The notes under the pieces are model-generated. The model searched no databases. It was given only the letters and a program-made list of their open reading frames with translations, and was not told where the DNA came from. Of a stretch of DNA of 64,000 nt, positions 48,131-57,009 are shown one piece after another. The position numbers and the translations under genes are program-made. The DNA is from Clostridiales bacterium (GTDB lineage Bacteria; Bacillota; Clostridia; Christensenellales; Aristaeellaceae). How positions within the stretch are numbered: the first letter of the stretch is position 1; each line of letters opens with the position of its first letter. The DNA is taken from NCBI GenBank assembly GCA_012521895.1, contig JAAYLK010000013.1, positions 4,898 through 68,897 of the forward strand. The letters are read 5' to 3'.

Positions 48131-49192
48131 CTATTCGGCTGCCTGTTCCATCGGGGACACCTCAATGGACACATACACCGCGCTGTCGGAGATGTTGACC
48201 AGGTTGTTTGGCTTGTCAACCCTGACCGCCCGGATGATGGATTCTGTGAGGTTGGTCACATCGATGGTGGTCGCCAGGTCGAGCATTTTCATGGCATTCA
48301 AATCTGCCAGGCTGCCAGCGACCCTGATTTGCGCCGGGTCGGCGGTGATGCTGGTAATGGTGTAGCCGTCCATCACTTCACCGCGCGTGATGCCGCTGAG
48401 GTTCACATCCACTAATTTTGTCGGATAGATCGACTGCTCAACCAGCAAAGTGTCCAGCACAACGTTCTCACTGGTGACGCTGATGTGCTTGCTGATGATT
48501 TCCTCGCCGCCGCTGCCTATCAAGCGGAAGGGTACCGCGGTGTATTGCACCCCGGTGCTGGATTCCACCAAACGGGGGTTGTAGGAGGCGGAGACATAGG
48601 CGATTTTTTCTACCAGTGATTGAGGGCCCGAGATGACAACATTGCCAGGGTCCACCGTGGTGCCGGATGAGTAGTAGCCTTCCGGGATTTTGCCCAGCAT
48701 CTCCAGGCGCACCGGCACGCGCCGCCTGGTGATGTATTCCTCCACCACCACGGTGATTTCATTTTGTGACATCCACTCAACAGAGCCATAGGTGTTGGTG
48801 GAAATGCTTTGAATGGGCACGGTTTGCTCCCCGGTGGAGGTGATGCGGCTGACGTCCGCGCGAATGCTGTAGTTGGCGGGCACCGCGGCGTCATACATTT
48901 TCTGGGGGATTTCCACCCGCACCCTAATGGGCTGCAGCTCGTCCAGGCCTTGGGTCACAATCAACCCGCTGCGCTGCAGCGCATCGGTTCCTGTGATGCT
49001 GATCGCGACATCCTGGAACACTTTTTCCCTTGTCAGGCTGGCATCTTCGCTGATCAGTGCGCCCCAGATGGTGATGGCGACCAGCAAGGAAACCAGCTTC
49101 AACTTCCAGTTTTCAAGCAGCAGTTTGCGAGCGATTTCAAGCAAGGTCGGCTTGATGGATTTCAGCTTTTCATTCTTCGCTTCAATGCTCAA
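48131..49192 (-). CDS. cdaR: YbbR-domain protein, CdaA regulator CdaR
   Basis: N-terminal TM (LKLVSLLVAITIWGALI) plus repeated YbbR-like beta domains. Overlaps the cdaA 3' end. Confidence 0.85.
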   Translation of the reverse strand: MSIEAKNEKLKSIKPTLLEIARKLLLENWKLKLVSLLVAITIWGALISEDASLTREKVFQDVAISITGTDALQRSGLIVTQGLDELQPIRVRVEIPQKMYDAAVPANYSIRADVSRITSTGEQTVPIQSISTNTYGSVEWMSQNEITVVVEEYITRRRVPVRLEMLGKIPEGYYSSGTTVDPGNVVISGPQSLVEKIAYVSASYNPRLVESSTGVQYTAVPFRLIGSGGEEIISKHISVTSENVVLDTLLVEQSIYPTKLVDVNLSGITRGEVMDGYTITSITADPAQIRVAGSLADLNAMKMLDLATTIDVTNLTESIIRAVRVDKPNNLVNISDSAVYVSIEVSPMEQAAE

Positions 49193-50051
49193 CGTTCTTC
49201 ACTGCCTTTCTGACAAAGTAAGCCTTGATTGAAGCCAGGACGCCGCGTAGGCTTAGTTTGTCGTGCTTGTACATGCCCGATAAAATTTTTGTCAGGCTGT
49301 CAATGTCCAGGTGGCGCGTCAATTTTCCGCCCTGGGCCATGGAAATAATGCCTGTCTCCTCTGAAACAATCAGAACGATGGCGTCCGTGCTTTCCGTGAC
49401 GCCCAAACCGGCTCTGTGCCTTGTGCCAAGCTCCCTGCCCAGGTTGCTGTTTTCACTCAAACTGAGCACACAGCCCGCTGCCACAATGCGGTCATCGCGG
49501 ATGATGACAGCGCCATCGTGCAAGGGGGTGTTGGGTTCAAAGATGTTGGCGATCAACGGGCCGGAAATCTTGGATTCCAATGTGGTGCCGGTGTCGATAA
49601 AGTCCTTCAAGCCGGTGTTCTGCTCAAACACAATCAGCGCACCCACCCTTCTCCGGGACAGGCTGATCAAGGTCTGTGAAATCTCAAAGACGATGCGGCT
49701 GGATTCATCTTTGTTTTCCGTCAAGTGCGCGACTTTGGCGCCCCTGCCTATCTGCTCCAGGGTGCGGCGCAATTCAGGCTGGAACAGGATGAGCAGGACG
49801 ATGGCGCCGTTGTTGATGATGCTTCCAATCAACCAGTTCAGCGCCTGGAACCCCAACAAATTGGAAAACCAGCCAACTAAAATCAACAGCAAAAAGCCTT
49901 TGAACACCTGGCCTGCCCTGGTCTGCCGGGTGAACTGAAACACTTTGTACAACAGTAACGCGATAATCAGGATGTCAACAACATCCTTGATCTGCACGCG
50001 ATTAAATAAATTCCAGAAAAAAGACTCGATGCTGATGCTTAGTTGTCTCAC
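49182..50051 (-). CDS. cdaA: Diadenylate cyclase CdaA
   Basis: Three N-terminal TM helices plus a DAC domain (TPLHDGAVII, GTRHRAGLG, SEETG). GTG 50051 has GAAAGGAAG upstream. The track start at 50177 lies beyond the upstream terminator. Confidence 0.88.
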   Translation of the reverse strand: MRQLSISIESFFWNLFNRVQIKDVVDILIIALLLYKVFQFTRQTRAGQVFKGFLLLILVGWFSNLLGFQALNWLIGSIINNGAIVLLILFQPELRRTLEQIGRGAKVAHLTENKDESSRIVFEISQTLISLSRRRVGALIVFEQNTGLKDFIDTGTTLESKISGPLIANIFEPNTPLHDGAVIIRDDRIVAAGCVLSLSENSNLGRELGTRHRAGLGVTESTDAIVLIVSEETGIISMAQGGKLTRHLDIDSLTKILSGMYKHDKLSLRGVLASIKAYFVRKAVKNVEH

Positions 50052-50147
50052 CGGCCTTCTTCCTTTCTGTTGATGTGTAATCAGTATACAACAAATCGTT
50101 GAGACAGGGAAATCTTTTGAAGGAAATGTTACAAAATTTTGATAAAT

Positions 50148-50174
50148 GTAAAAACGCCCCGCGAGAGGGCGTTT
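50148..50174 (-). terminator. Intrinsic terminator after rpmA
   Basis: On the minus strand, hairpin aacgccc-tctcgcg-gggcgtt followed by a T-run. Confidence 0.55.
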
Positions 50175-50192
50175 CAATGGCGATGGACTTGC

Positions 50193-50492
50193 TTACTGGG
50201 CGGCGACTGCTTCGTCGACCGGGTAAATGCTGACTTTCTTGCGCAGCTTGCCCAGGTGCTCAAAGCGGACCAGGCCGTCCTTCAGCGCGAACAGGGTGTC
50301 ATCCTTGCCGCGGCCCACATTGGTGCCCGGATGGATCTTTGTGCCACGCTGGCGCACAAGGATATTGCCAGCCAGAACAAACTGGCCGTCTGCGCGCTTG
50401 GGCCCAAGGCGTTTGCTTTCGCTGTCGCGGCCGTTGCGGGTGGAGCCCATTCCTTTTTTGTGGGCGAACAATTGCAGATGAAGCTTCAACAT
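50193..50492 (-). CDS. rpmA: 50S ribosomal protein L27 (with N-terminal propeptide)
   Basis: L27 core [15 protein letters not shown] preceded by MLKLHLQLF, the Firmicutes-type extension removed by Prp. Confidence 0.95.
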   Translation of the reverse strand: MLKLHLQLFAHKKGMGSTRNGRDSESKRLGPKRADGQFVLAGNILVRQRGTKIHPGTNVGRGKDDTLFALKDGLVRFEHLGKLRKKVSIYPVDEAVAAQ

Positions 50493-50510
50493 GCTAATTC
50501 CTCCAAAATC

Positions 50511-50831
50511 TCAGATCATAGGTTCAATCAAGGTTACGAATGCGGGATACTCCTGGTGCAGGTCATTCGCCCCTTGGTGAAAGGTGTTCAGGATGGTTTG
50601 CGCTTGCTCATTGCGGTGCTCTGTTTTCAGTTCCGCTTTGATGTAGCCGTCTGCCTGCCTGACCTTCATTGGGCTTTTCGCTACTGTTTCCATGGCATTC
50701 ACAATGGTTACTGTCAGGAAGGAAACCGCGGCGCAGACCAGGTCATTTCCCTCGGTCCCGGCACCCGTGTGGCCGGAAACCTCAAATCCGAAGTAGTCTC
50801 CATGCTTGCCCAGCATGCGGATGGTTGTCAT
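50511..50831 (-). CDS. prp: Ribosomal-processing cysteine protease Prp
   Basis: GHTGAG...DLVCAAVS motif; located between rplU and rpmA. Confidence 0.9.
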   Translation of the reverse strand: MTTIRMLGKHGDYFGFEVSGHTGAGTEGNDLVCAAVSFLTVTIVNAMETVAKSPMKVRQADGYIKAELKTEHRNEQAQTILNTFHQGANDLHQEYPAFVTLIEPMI

Positions 50832-50833
50832 GC

Positions 50834-51139
50834 TTAGCCTTTGATGGATGTAATCTCCACCTGGGTAAAAGGCTGGCGATGGCCTTGCTTCCTGCGGTAG
50901 TTTTTCTTGCTCTTGTACTTGAAGACGATGATCTTTTGTCCCTTACCGTGGCGAACCACTTTGCCGGTGACGCTCGCGCCAACCACTTCAGGGTTGCCCA
51001 GCTTGACTTCATCACCAGAGAACATCAAGACGGGAAAGGTGACTTCGCTGTCCGCCTGGGCGTCCAGCTTCTCGATGTAGATGGTGTCCCCCTCGGACAC
51101 GCGGTACTGTTTGCCGCCAGTCGCAATGATTGCGTACAC
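50834..51139 (-). CDS. rplU: 50S ribosomal protein L21
   Basis: [14 protein letters not shown]... with a GTG start and GGAGG 9 nt upstream. Confidence 0.95.
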   Translation of the reverse strand: MYAIIATGGKQYRVSEGDTIYIEKLDAQADSEVTFPVLMFSGDEVKLGNPEVVGASVTGKVVRHGKGQKIIVFKYKSKKNYRRKQGHRQPFTQVEITSIKG

Positions 51140-51241
51140 TATGCAGCACCTCCGTTTACATTACTCGCCGGGATTGTCAGCATTTTCAGCCATGAGGCAG
51201 CGCCAAGCATTTAGAAGCCTCTCCCGAGCGGCTATTGGTTA

Positions 51242-51270
51242 ATTTATCACATTGTATTGTTCAAAGTCAA
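51242..51270 (-). promoter_or_regulatory. Sigma-A-like promoter of rplU-prp-rpmA
   Basis: The minus strand reads TTGACT, 17-nt spacer, ATAAAT. This leaves a ~95-nt leader before rplU. Confidence 0.4.
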
Positions 51271-51311
51271 GTTTTTATCATGGATTGTTCCGACATTTTC
51301 AGGTAAATTTT

Positions 51312-53012
51312 TCAATTTTGGCCGCGATACTTCCTGGCGTCCTCCAACAGGACTTCCGCGTGCTTTAAACTGCTGTCTCCTTGCGTGCTGATGTCGCCCA
51401 GCATCTTGGCAACTTCAAACACCCTTTGCCCCTCATCAAGCGCGGTGATGGAGGCCTTGGTCCTTCCATTTATCTCGGCCTTGCTCACCAGATACTGGCT
51501 GCTGGCCATCGCCGCCAACTGGTGCATGTGCGAAACGCAGATCACTTGCCGGTATCGGCCGATGTCCCACAATTTTTGCGCGATCACCATGGCGGTTTTC
51601 CCGGAAATGCCAGTGTCGATCTCATCAAAAACCATGGTGGGCACTTCATTTTTCTGGGCTGACAAGGTTTTCATCGCCAGCATCACGCGGGACAGTTCGC
51701 CGCCGGAGGCAATCTTACTCAAGGGCTTTAGCTCTTCCCCCACATTGGGCGCGATCAGCATGCTGACCTTGTCAATGCCATCGGCATTGGCATACGCGGG
51801 ATTTGATTCCACCTGGATTTGAAAGCGGGTGCTGCCCATGTTCAACTCATGCAGGATGCTCTCAGCCCTTTTCTCCTGCGCCTTGGCCAGTTTCTTTCTG
51901 GACTGGCTGAGTTGGCTTGCGGCCGCAAAAAAACCCTTCTCATGCTCCTGGACCAATTTCTCAAGGCGCTGCAGCTCATCCTCCAGGCTGTCAAACTGCC
52001 GCAGTTCCTCTTCAATGGCCTTCAAGGTCTCCAGCATCTCCGCGCTGCTCTTGCCATATTTTCGCTGCAGCTTGAGCAAGTGGTCCAGCCGGACTTCCAC
52101 CTCTTCAAGGCGGCGGTCATCGCGGTTGATGGCGCGCAGCTGCACACTCAACTCGTGGGCAATCTCTTCCAGTTCGTAATACAGGGAGCTAAGCTTGCCG
52201 TGCAAGTCGGCATAGGAAGGGTTGAACGATGAAATCCTGTCCAGGCTTGTCAGCGCGTCCTGAAGCAAGGACAAAGCGGTTTCCCCGTTGGCGGCGTCCT
52301 GGATGGCTTCATTGGCGCCTTGCATGCCCTGAATCAGTTTGTCAGCGTTGCGCAGGATGGTTTTCTCCTCCTGCAGCGCTTCTTCCTCTCCCGGAACCAG
52401 TTTGGCGTTCTTTAATTCCTTCTGCCTGAGCGTCAGAATTTCAATGCGCTCTGCCTGGTTGAGGCTGGCTTGCTTCTTCTGGTTCAGTTCTTTTCTGCCC
52501 TGCGACAGCAAGGCATACTGCGCGCGAACAGTTTCCAACAGCTTTCCGTGCGCCTGGTCGCCCAACAAATCCAAAAAGCGCAGGTGTTTGCTGTCTTGCA
52601 GCAGGGACTGGTGCTCGTGCTGGCCATGCAGGTCGATGAGCCTTTGGGTCAGTTGCGTGTACATATTCAAGGCCACAGCCATGCCATTCACCCGGCATAC
52701 GCTGCGGCCTTTTCTGTTCATTTCACGCGATAAAATCAGTTCATCACTGTCTTGTTCAAGCGTCATTTCTTCTAAAATAGACAGGATGTCGTTTTGCTGC
52801 GTGATTTGAAAGATGCCCTCCACATAGGCCTGTTCACTGCCCAAGCGGATGATGTCCTTGTCGGTCTTGGCGCCACACAGGAAACTCACCGCGTCCACCA
52901 CCAGGGATTTGCCGGCACCGGTCTCGCCGGTCAGCACATGCAAGCCAGGCCCAAACTGGATGCTGGCTTCCTCGAACAAGGCGATGTTTCGAATGAGTAG
53001 ATGCTCTAACAT
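51312..53012 (-). CDS. recN: DNA repair protein RecN
   Basis: Walker A GETGAGKS, a long coiled coil, ASGGELSR signature, Walker B MVFDEID. Confidence 0.95.
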   Translation of the reverse strand: MLEHLLIRNIALFEEASIQFGPGLHVLTGETGAGKSLVVDAVSFLCGAKTDKDIIRLGSEQAYVEGIFQITQQNDILSILEEMTLEQDSDELILSREMNRKGRSVCRVNGMAVALNMYTQLTQRLIDLHGQHEHQSLLQDSKHLRFLDLLGDQAHGKLLETVRAQYALLSQGRKELNQKKQASLNQAERIEILTLRQKELKNAKLVPGEEEALQEEKTILRNADKLIQGMQGANEAIQDAANGETALSLLQDALTSLDRISSFNPSYADLHGKLSSLYYELEEIAHELSVQLRAINRDDRRLEEVEVRLDHLLKLQRKYGKSSAEMLETLKAIEEELRQFDSLEDELQRLEKLVQEHEKGFFAAASQLSQSRKKLAKAQEKRAESILHELNMGSTRFQIQVESNPAYANADGIDKVSMLIAPNVGEELKPLSKIASGGELSRVMLAMKTLSAQKNEVPTMVFDEIDTGISGKTAMVIAQKLWDIGRYRQVICVSHMHQLAAMASSQYLVSKAEINGRTKASITALDEGQRVFEVAKMLGDISTQGDSSLKHAEVLLEDARKYRGQN

Positions 53013-53018
53013 CGTGGT

Positions 53019-53468
53019 TTAGCGGAGCACCTCGTTAAACTTTTTCACCACTTCATGGGCGTCTTCCTGGTTGTGCACCACGACAAAAATGGTGTTGTCA
53101 CCAGACAAGGTGCCCACGATTTCAGGCCAACGCATGCTGTCAATCGCCTCGCCGGCCACATTGGCCGAGCCGGCCAGGGTCTTGATGACGATGATGTTGC
53201 CGGCAGGCTCAATGGAGATGACAGAGTCAACAAACATCCGGACGAAGCGGTCTGACACGGAATGCTCCGCCTGGTCGGCTGTGGCGTACTTGTACTCTCC
53301 AAGGCCGGTCAGCACCTTGAGCAGGCGCATTTCCTTGATGTCGCGCGAAACCGTGGCCTGGGTCACATCAAAGCCCTGCACGCGCAGTTTCTCAGCCAGC
53401 TCCTTTTGGGTTTTGATGTCCTGCTTGTCAATGAGGTTCAGGATGGCCGCCTGCCGAGTGCTTTTCAT
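53019..53468 (-). CDS. argR: Arginine repressor
   Basis: Winged-helix N-terminus (TQKELAEKL...VTQATVSRDI) plus a C-terminal oligomerisation domain (GTLSGDNTIFVV). Confidence 0.93.
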   Translation of the reverse strand: MKSTRQAAILNLIDKQDIKTQKELAEKLRVQGFDVTQATVSRDIKEMRLLKVLTGLGEYKYATADQAEHSVSDRFVRMFVDSVISIEPAGNIIVIKTLAGSANVAGEAIDSMRWPEIVGTLSGDNTIFVVVHNQEDAHEVVKKFNEVLR

Positions 53469-54337
53469 AGTTCTCCTCCATATACGAAATTACTCCATTC
53501 AGCCTGCTTCTCGCGAAGCCTTGTCAAGAATTGTTGGGGGGCAAAATGGATAAAACGAACTTTTTGAGGTGCCTTGCGCACAACAACCTCGCTGGTGCTT
53601 GTCATGTCAAACACGACCTGCCCATCCATGCTGATCTGGTGCATCATGCCACGGTTTTTGCGCACATTCAATCTGATCACCCCATCCAGCGGCAAGATGA
53701 CAGCGCGTTGGTGCATGATGTGGGAACAGATGGGGACCACGGCGGTGCAAGGAATCTCAGGATAGATGATGGGCCCGCCCGCAGACAGGGAATATCCGGT
53801 GGTGCCAGTCGTGGTGGACACCAAGACCCCATCCCCGTGGATGGTGTACACCAGCTCGTCCTGATACCAGACATCAACCACCAGGCTGCTGGGGTTCTGC
53901 CCGCGGGTCAGCGCAATTTCATTCAGTGCCAGGTTGCTGTTCCCGCCGTTGATGTCACATTGCAGCAAGGTGCGCTCATACTGCCGGAAGTCGCCGCTGA
54001 GCAGTTTATCCAGCGCCTCTTCCAGACCTTCCGGGTCTATTTCCAGCAAAAAGCCGGTATGGCCCATGTTGACACCCAAGATTGGAATCTGATGGGCTGC
54101 GGCGTTTGGGACCACGCGCAACAAGGTGCCATCCCCGCCAAAGCTTACAATGATGTCAATGCTGTCATCAATCGCGGCTGTTGGCATCACAGTCCCCGTT
54201 TGCAGGTATTCCTGCAGCCAGGTGTCTGAAAAAACTTCACAGCCCCAGCTTGTGCACAAGGCCGCGAAGCGCTTTACCAGCGGAAAAGATTCAGGCTTGT
54301 TTGGGTTAGCAAACAGAAAAAAACGCTGCAATTCCAC
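53465..54337 (-). CDS. nadK: NAD(+) kinase
   Basis: GGDGTLL and the downstream NAD-kinase core. Start placed at GTG 54337 (GGAGG 4 nt upstream; TTG 54331 is an alternative) because ATG 54364 sits inside a promoter (see findings). Confidence 0.88.
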   Translation of the reverse strand: MELQRFFLFANPNKPESFPLVKRFAALCTSWGCEVFSDTWLQEYLQTGTVMPTAAIDDSIDIIVSFGGDGTLLRVVPNAAAHQIPILGVNMGHTGFLLEIDPEGLEEALDKLLSGDFRQYERTLLQCDINGGNSNLALNEIALTRGQNPSSLVVDVWYQDELVYTIHGDGVLVSTTTGTTGYSLSAGGPIIYPEIPCTAVVPICSHIMHQRAVILPLDGVIRLNVRKNRGMMHQISMDGQVVFDMTSTSEVVVRKAPQKVRFIHFAPQQFLTRLREKQAEWSNFVYGGEL

Positions 54338-54355
54338 TCGTCCTCCGTTTCCAAA

Positions 54356-54384
54356 ATTATACATGAGCGGAGCCGTTTATGCAA
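54356..54384 (-). promoter_or_regulatory. Sigma-A-like promoter of nadK-argR-recN
   Basis: The minus strand reads TTGCAT, 17-nt spacer, TATAAT. Confidence 0.5.
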
Positions 54385-54472
54385 GGCTGTATGCTGCCAA
54401 TCTTGTAAAACTTCACCGGTTCTTTGTTTATTTATGCAAGGATTGCAAACAGGAACATAATTTGTGTTTTTC

Positions 54473-54497
54473 AAAATAAAACGCTCCTTGCGGAGCG
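54473..54497 (-). terminator. Intrinsic terminator after the vanW-family gene
   Basis: On the minus strand, hairpin cgctcc-gcaa-ggagcg followed by ttttatttt. Confidence 0.55.
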
Positions 54498-54526
54498 CAG
54501 AAACCAAGGAGGTTGATTGGAAAACT

Positions 54527-56137
54527 TTAGTTCCGCTTGGTCGCGCCGCGGTAGTAGACGGCAGGCTTGGCGCGGAAGGTGTCCCGGGAAATCAGCTTGG
54601 GTTGTTCAACCAGGACACCGTTTTGGTATTTTTCAAGATAGGTTTCAATGATCATGCCTTCCACGGCCTTTGACTTCAGTTTTTCCTGATCGCTGTAGGT
54701 GACGATGGTGCCGCTGTTGTCAACCTCATACTTCTTTTCAGTAGGCGCCGGCAAAACTTCCACCGTTTCTGAGCGCAGTTTGTAGGTAACCCCTTCGCCC
54801 ATGTCCAGGCCGTACACTCGAATTTCTGACACCAGGCGGCGGGTATTGTTCCTGGCGGGCTTGACCCGGGCTGTGATATAGATGTTGCCGGGCGTGTTGT
54901 TGCGGAAGCGGAAATCCAGGTTCCTGTCCTGGGTTAAATATACGGTCGCGTCCTGGCCCATCGCGGTGTAATCCACTTTCCCTGAATGGGGATAGCGCTC
55001 CCGGATGGTCATGCCCGCGGTGACCACCGCCTGGTACAAGGTTGTGCTGGCCTGGCAGACACCGCCGCCTATGCCGATGACCAGGTCTCCATAGGCATAC
55101 TCCATCGCCTCAGCAAAGCCTGCCGCTTCTGTCCGAGGCCCGACAATGTCATTGAAGCTGAAGGTTTCTCCGGGTTTTAAGACATAGCCATTGAACTTCT
55201 CAAATGACTTCCGGATGTTGTGGTTTCTTTTTTCATCGGAGTCCGCGCTGATGGCCGTGGTCACGCTGGAGCGCAGCTGGACGGTCTCCTCCAGGGCGGC
55301 TCTGGTGATCTTGGGCAACAGCACCTCAGGTTTGAGTTCATAGGTACCCGACTGCCCGCTGGCAGCCATGGTCATGATGTCGTTGATCGCGGCCTGGCTG
55401 TCCAGTTTGGCGCCGGGACGCTCGTTTTGGAAAACAAACGGATTGTCCTCATCCGGACGGAATTGCAGCAGGGCCGCGTCAACCGGGGCAGCATTGACAT
55501 AAGGTTCGATCTGCCTGAAAATGTCCGCCAGTTGATTGCCCTGCAACTCCTTCTGGCTGGTATAGGCTTTGTAGGGCTTCTTTGCAAGGGCGTCAATTGC
55601 CGCCCGTTGGTCATGAACGCTGCCCTGCCTGGTCATCAGCCAGGCCTCATTGAGCAATTGGTACATCTCTTCTTTGGAAACTTCATTGCCCAGGGAACCA
55701 TAGTCAACGGTTGTAAACGTGAAGCCCTGGTAGGCAATGTCCAGCTTCCAGCTGCTGATGCGCTCCTGCATCGCCTGGTCAAGCGCGCTCTCTGCCTGCT
55801 TGGGTGTCAGGCCGGCGATGGACACGTCATTGATAAAGATATTGGGCGCGTAAACATCCTGATAGGGGGCGATGCTCTGGGCAACCTGCTTGTCGCGCAA
55901 GGTATTGACGCCCCACACAATGCCACCGGCCAGGATGGCCAGCAGCAGCACAAGAATGATGATTTTGCTGCCAGACAGGGACTTGCCCTGTTTCCTGGGC
56001 GGTGGTACCGGGCTGCCCAGGCCCGGCGGAGAAAATCGCACAGGAGGTATCTGCTGCAAGGGCTTTTGCGGCGTGGCAGGTCCTTGCGCAGGAGGCATCC
56101 TGTTGTTTTGCTGATTGTACGGGGGCAATTGTGTCAT
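54527..56137 (-). CDS. VanW family protein (Pro-rich N-terminus, TM, VanW domain, G5-like C-terminus)
   Basis: VanW-domain motifs (FSFNDIVGPRT, GGGVCQASTTLYQAV), one TM (IIILVLLLAILAGGIVWG) and a Pro/Gln-rich N-terminus. Confidence 0.85.
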   Translation of the reverse strand: MTQLPPYNQQNNRMPPAQGPATPQKPLQQIPPVRFSPPGLGSPVPPPRKQGKSLSGSKIIILVLLLAILAGGIVWGVNTLRDKQVAQSIAPYQDVYAPNIFINDVSIAGLTPKQAESALDQAMQERISSWKLDIAYQGFTFTTVDYGSLGNEVSKEEMYQLLNEAWLMTRQGSVHDQRAAIDALAKKPYKAYTSQKELQGNQLADIFRQIEPYVNAAPVDAALLQFRPDEDNPFVFQNERPGAKLDSQAAINDIMTMAASGQSGTYELKPEVLLPKITRAALEETVQLRSSVTTAISADSDEKRNHNIRKSFEKFNGYVLKPGETFSFNDIVGPRTEAAGFAEAMEYAYGDLVIGIGGGVCQASTTLYQAVVTAGMTIRERYPHSGKVDYTAMGQDATVYLTQDRNLDFRFRNNTPGNIYITARVKPARNNTRRLVSEIRVYGLDMGEGVTYKLRSETVEVLPAPTEKKYEVDNSGTIVTYSDQEKLKSKAVEGMIIETYLEKYQNGVLVEQPKLISRDTFRAKPAVYYRGATKRN

Positions 56138-57009
56138 GCGTCTTCCTTTTTCAATTTCGCGGCCAGGTCATACAGGGCTTCGATGTCTTTGTTTACCTCA
56201 TGCCAGGTGTTCAGGTGGCTGCCAATCAGGCCATGGCTGTCTTTGAAGGCGTGGAAATCGCTGCCGCCGGTCACAAGGAGCCCAAGGTTTCTGGCGGTTT
56301 TGTCCCAGTAAGCGCAGGCAGCCGGCGTGTGATTGGCATGATGGGCCTCGATTCCATGCAAGCCGGCTTCCTTGAGGGTTTTGAGCGCTTCGGCCGTCGT
56401 CAGGCTCTGGTTTCTGATCAAACCCGGATGAGCCAGGACAACAACCAAGCCCAGCCTGTTGGCCAATTCAATGGCCTTGATGGTGTCCAGCTTCATCCGG
56501 CTGATGTAACCGGGTCTGCCGACAGCCAGGTAGCGCTGGAAGGCCTCCTGCCGGGAGGTGGCATAACCCTTTCTGACCAGGGCATCCGCGACATGGGGAC
56601 GGTGGCAAAATGTGCCTTCCGGCACCTGAAAGTCTTCCTGTGTCAGCTGTATACCCAGTTCACCAAAGCGCTCAACAAACCGCTGCGCGCGCAGCTGCCT
56701 GTCCAGGTTGATGGCTGCCAATTGCTCGGCCAGTTCCTGCATGGAGGGATCCACAAAGTAGAACAGCAGATGAACTTCTTCCTCCCCCGCGGTGTTGATT
56801 TCAACACCGGGGATAAAGCGAATGCCGGAAGCGGCGGCGGCAGCCTTCGCGGCTGCAAGGCCGGTCATGGTTTCATGGTCTGTCAGCGCCATGGTGTGAA
56901 TATTTTGGCGCAGGACCTCCCCCGCCAGCTCCTCAGGGCTTAGTTTGCCGTCTGAGGAGGTGCTGTGCATGTGCAGGTCTGCCCGCAGGGCTGCGTCCAT
57001 CTGCGTCAT
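56134..57009 (-). CDS. PHP domain metal-dependent phosphoesterase (TrpH/YciV-like)
   Basis: DLHMHSTSSDG N-terminal PHP motif and later His/Asp motifs (LTDHET, GGSDFH). Confidence 0.85.
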   Translation of the reverse strand: MTQMDAALRADLHMHSTSSDGKLSPEELAGEVLRQNIHTMALTDHETMTGLAAAKAAAAASGIRFIPGVEINTAGEEEVHLLFYFVDPSMQELAEQLAAINLDRQLRAQRFVERFGELGIQLTQEDFQVPEGTFCHRPHVADALVRKGYATSRQEAFQRYLAVGRPGYISRMKLDTIKAIELANRLGLVVVLAHPGLIRNQSLTTAEALKTLKEAGLHGIEAHHANHTPAACAYWDKTARNLGLLVTGGSDFHAFKDSHGLIGSHLNTWHEVNKDIEALYDLAAKLKKEDA

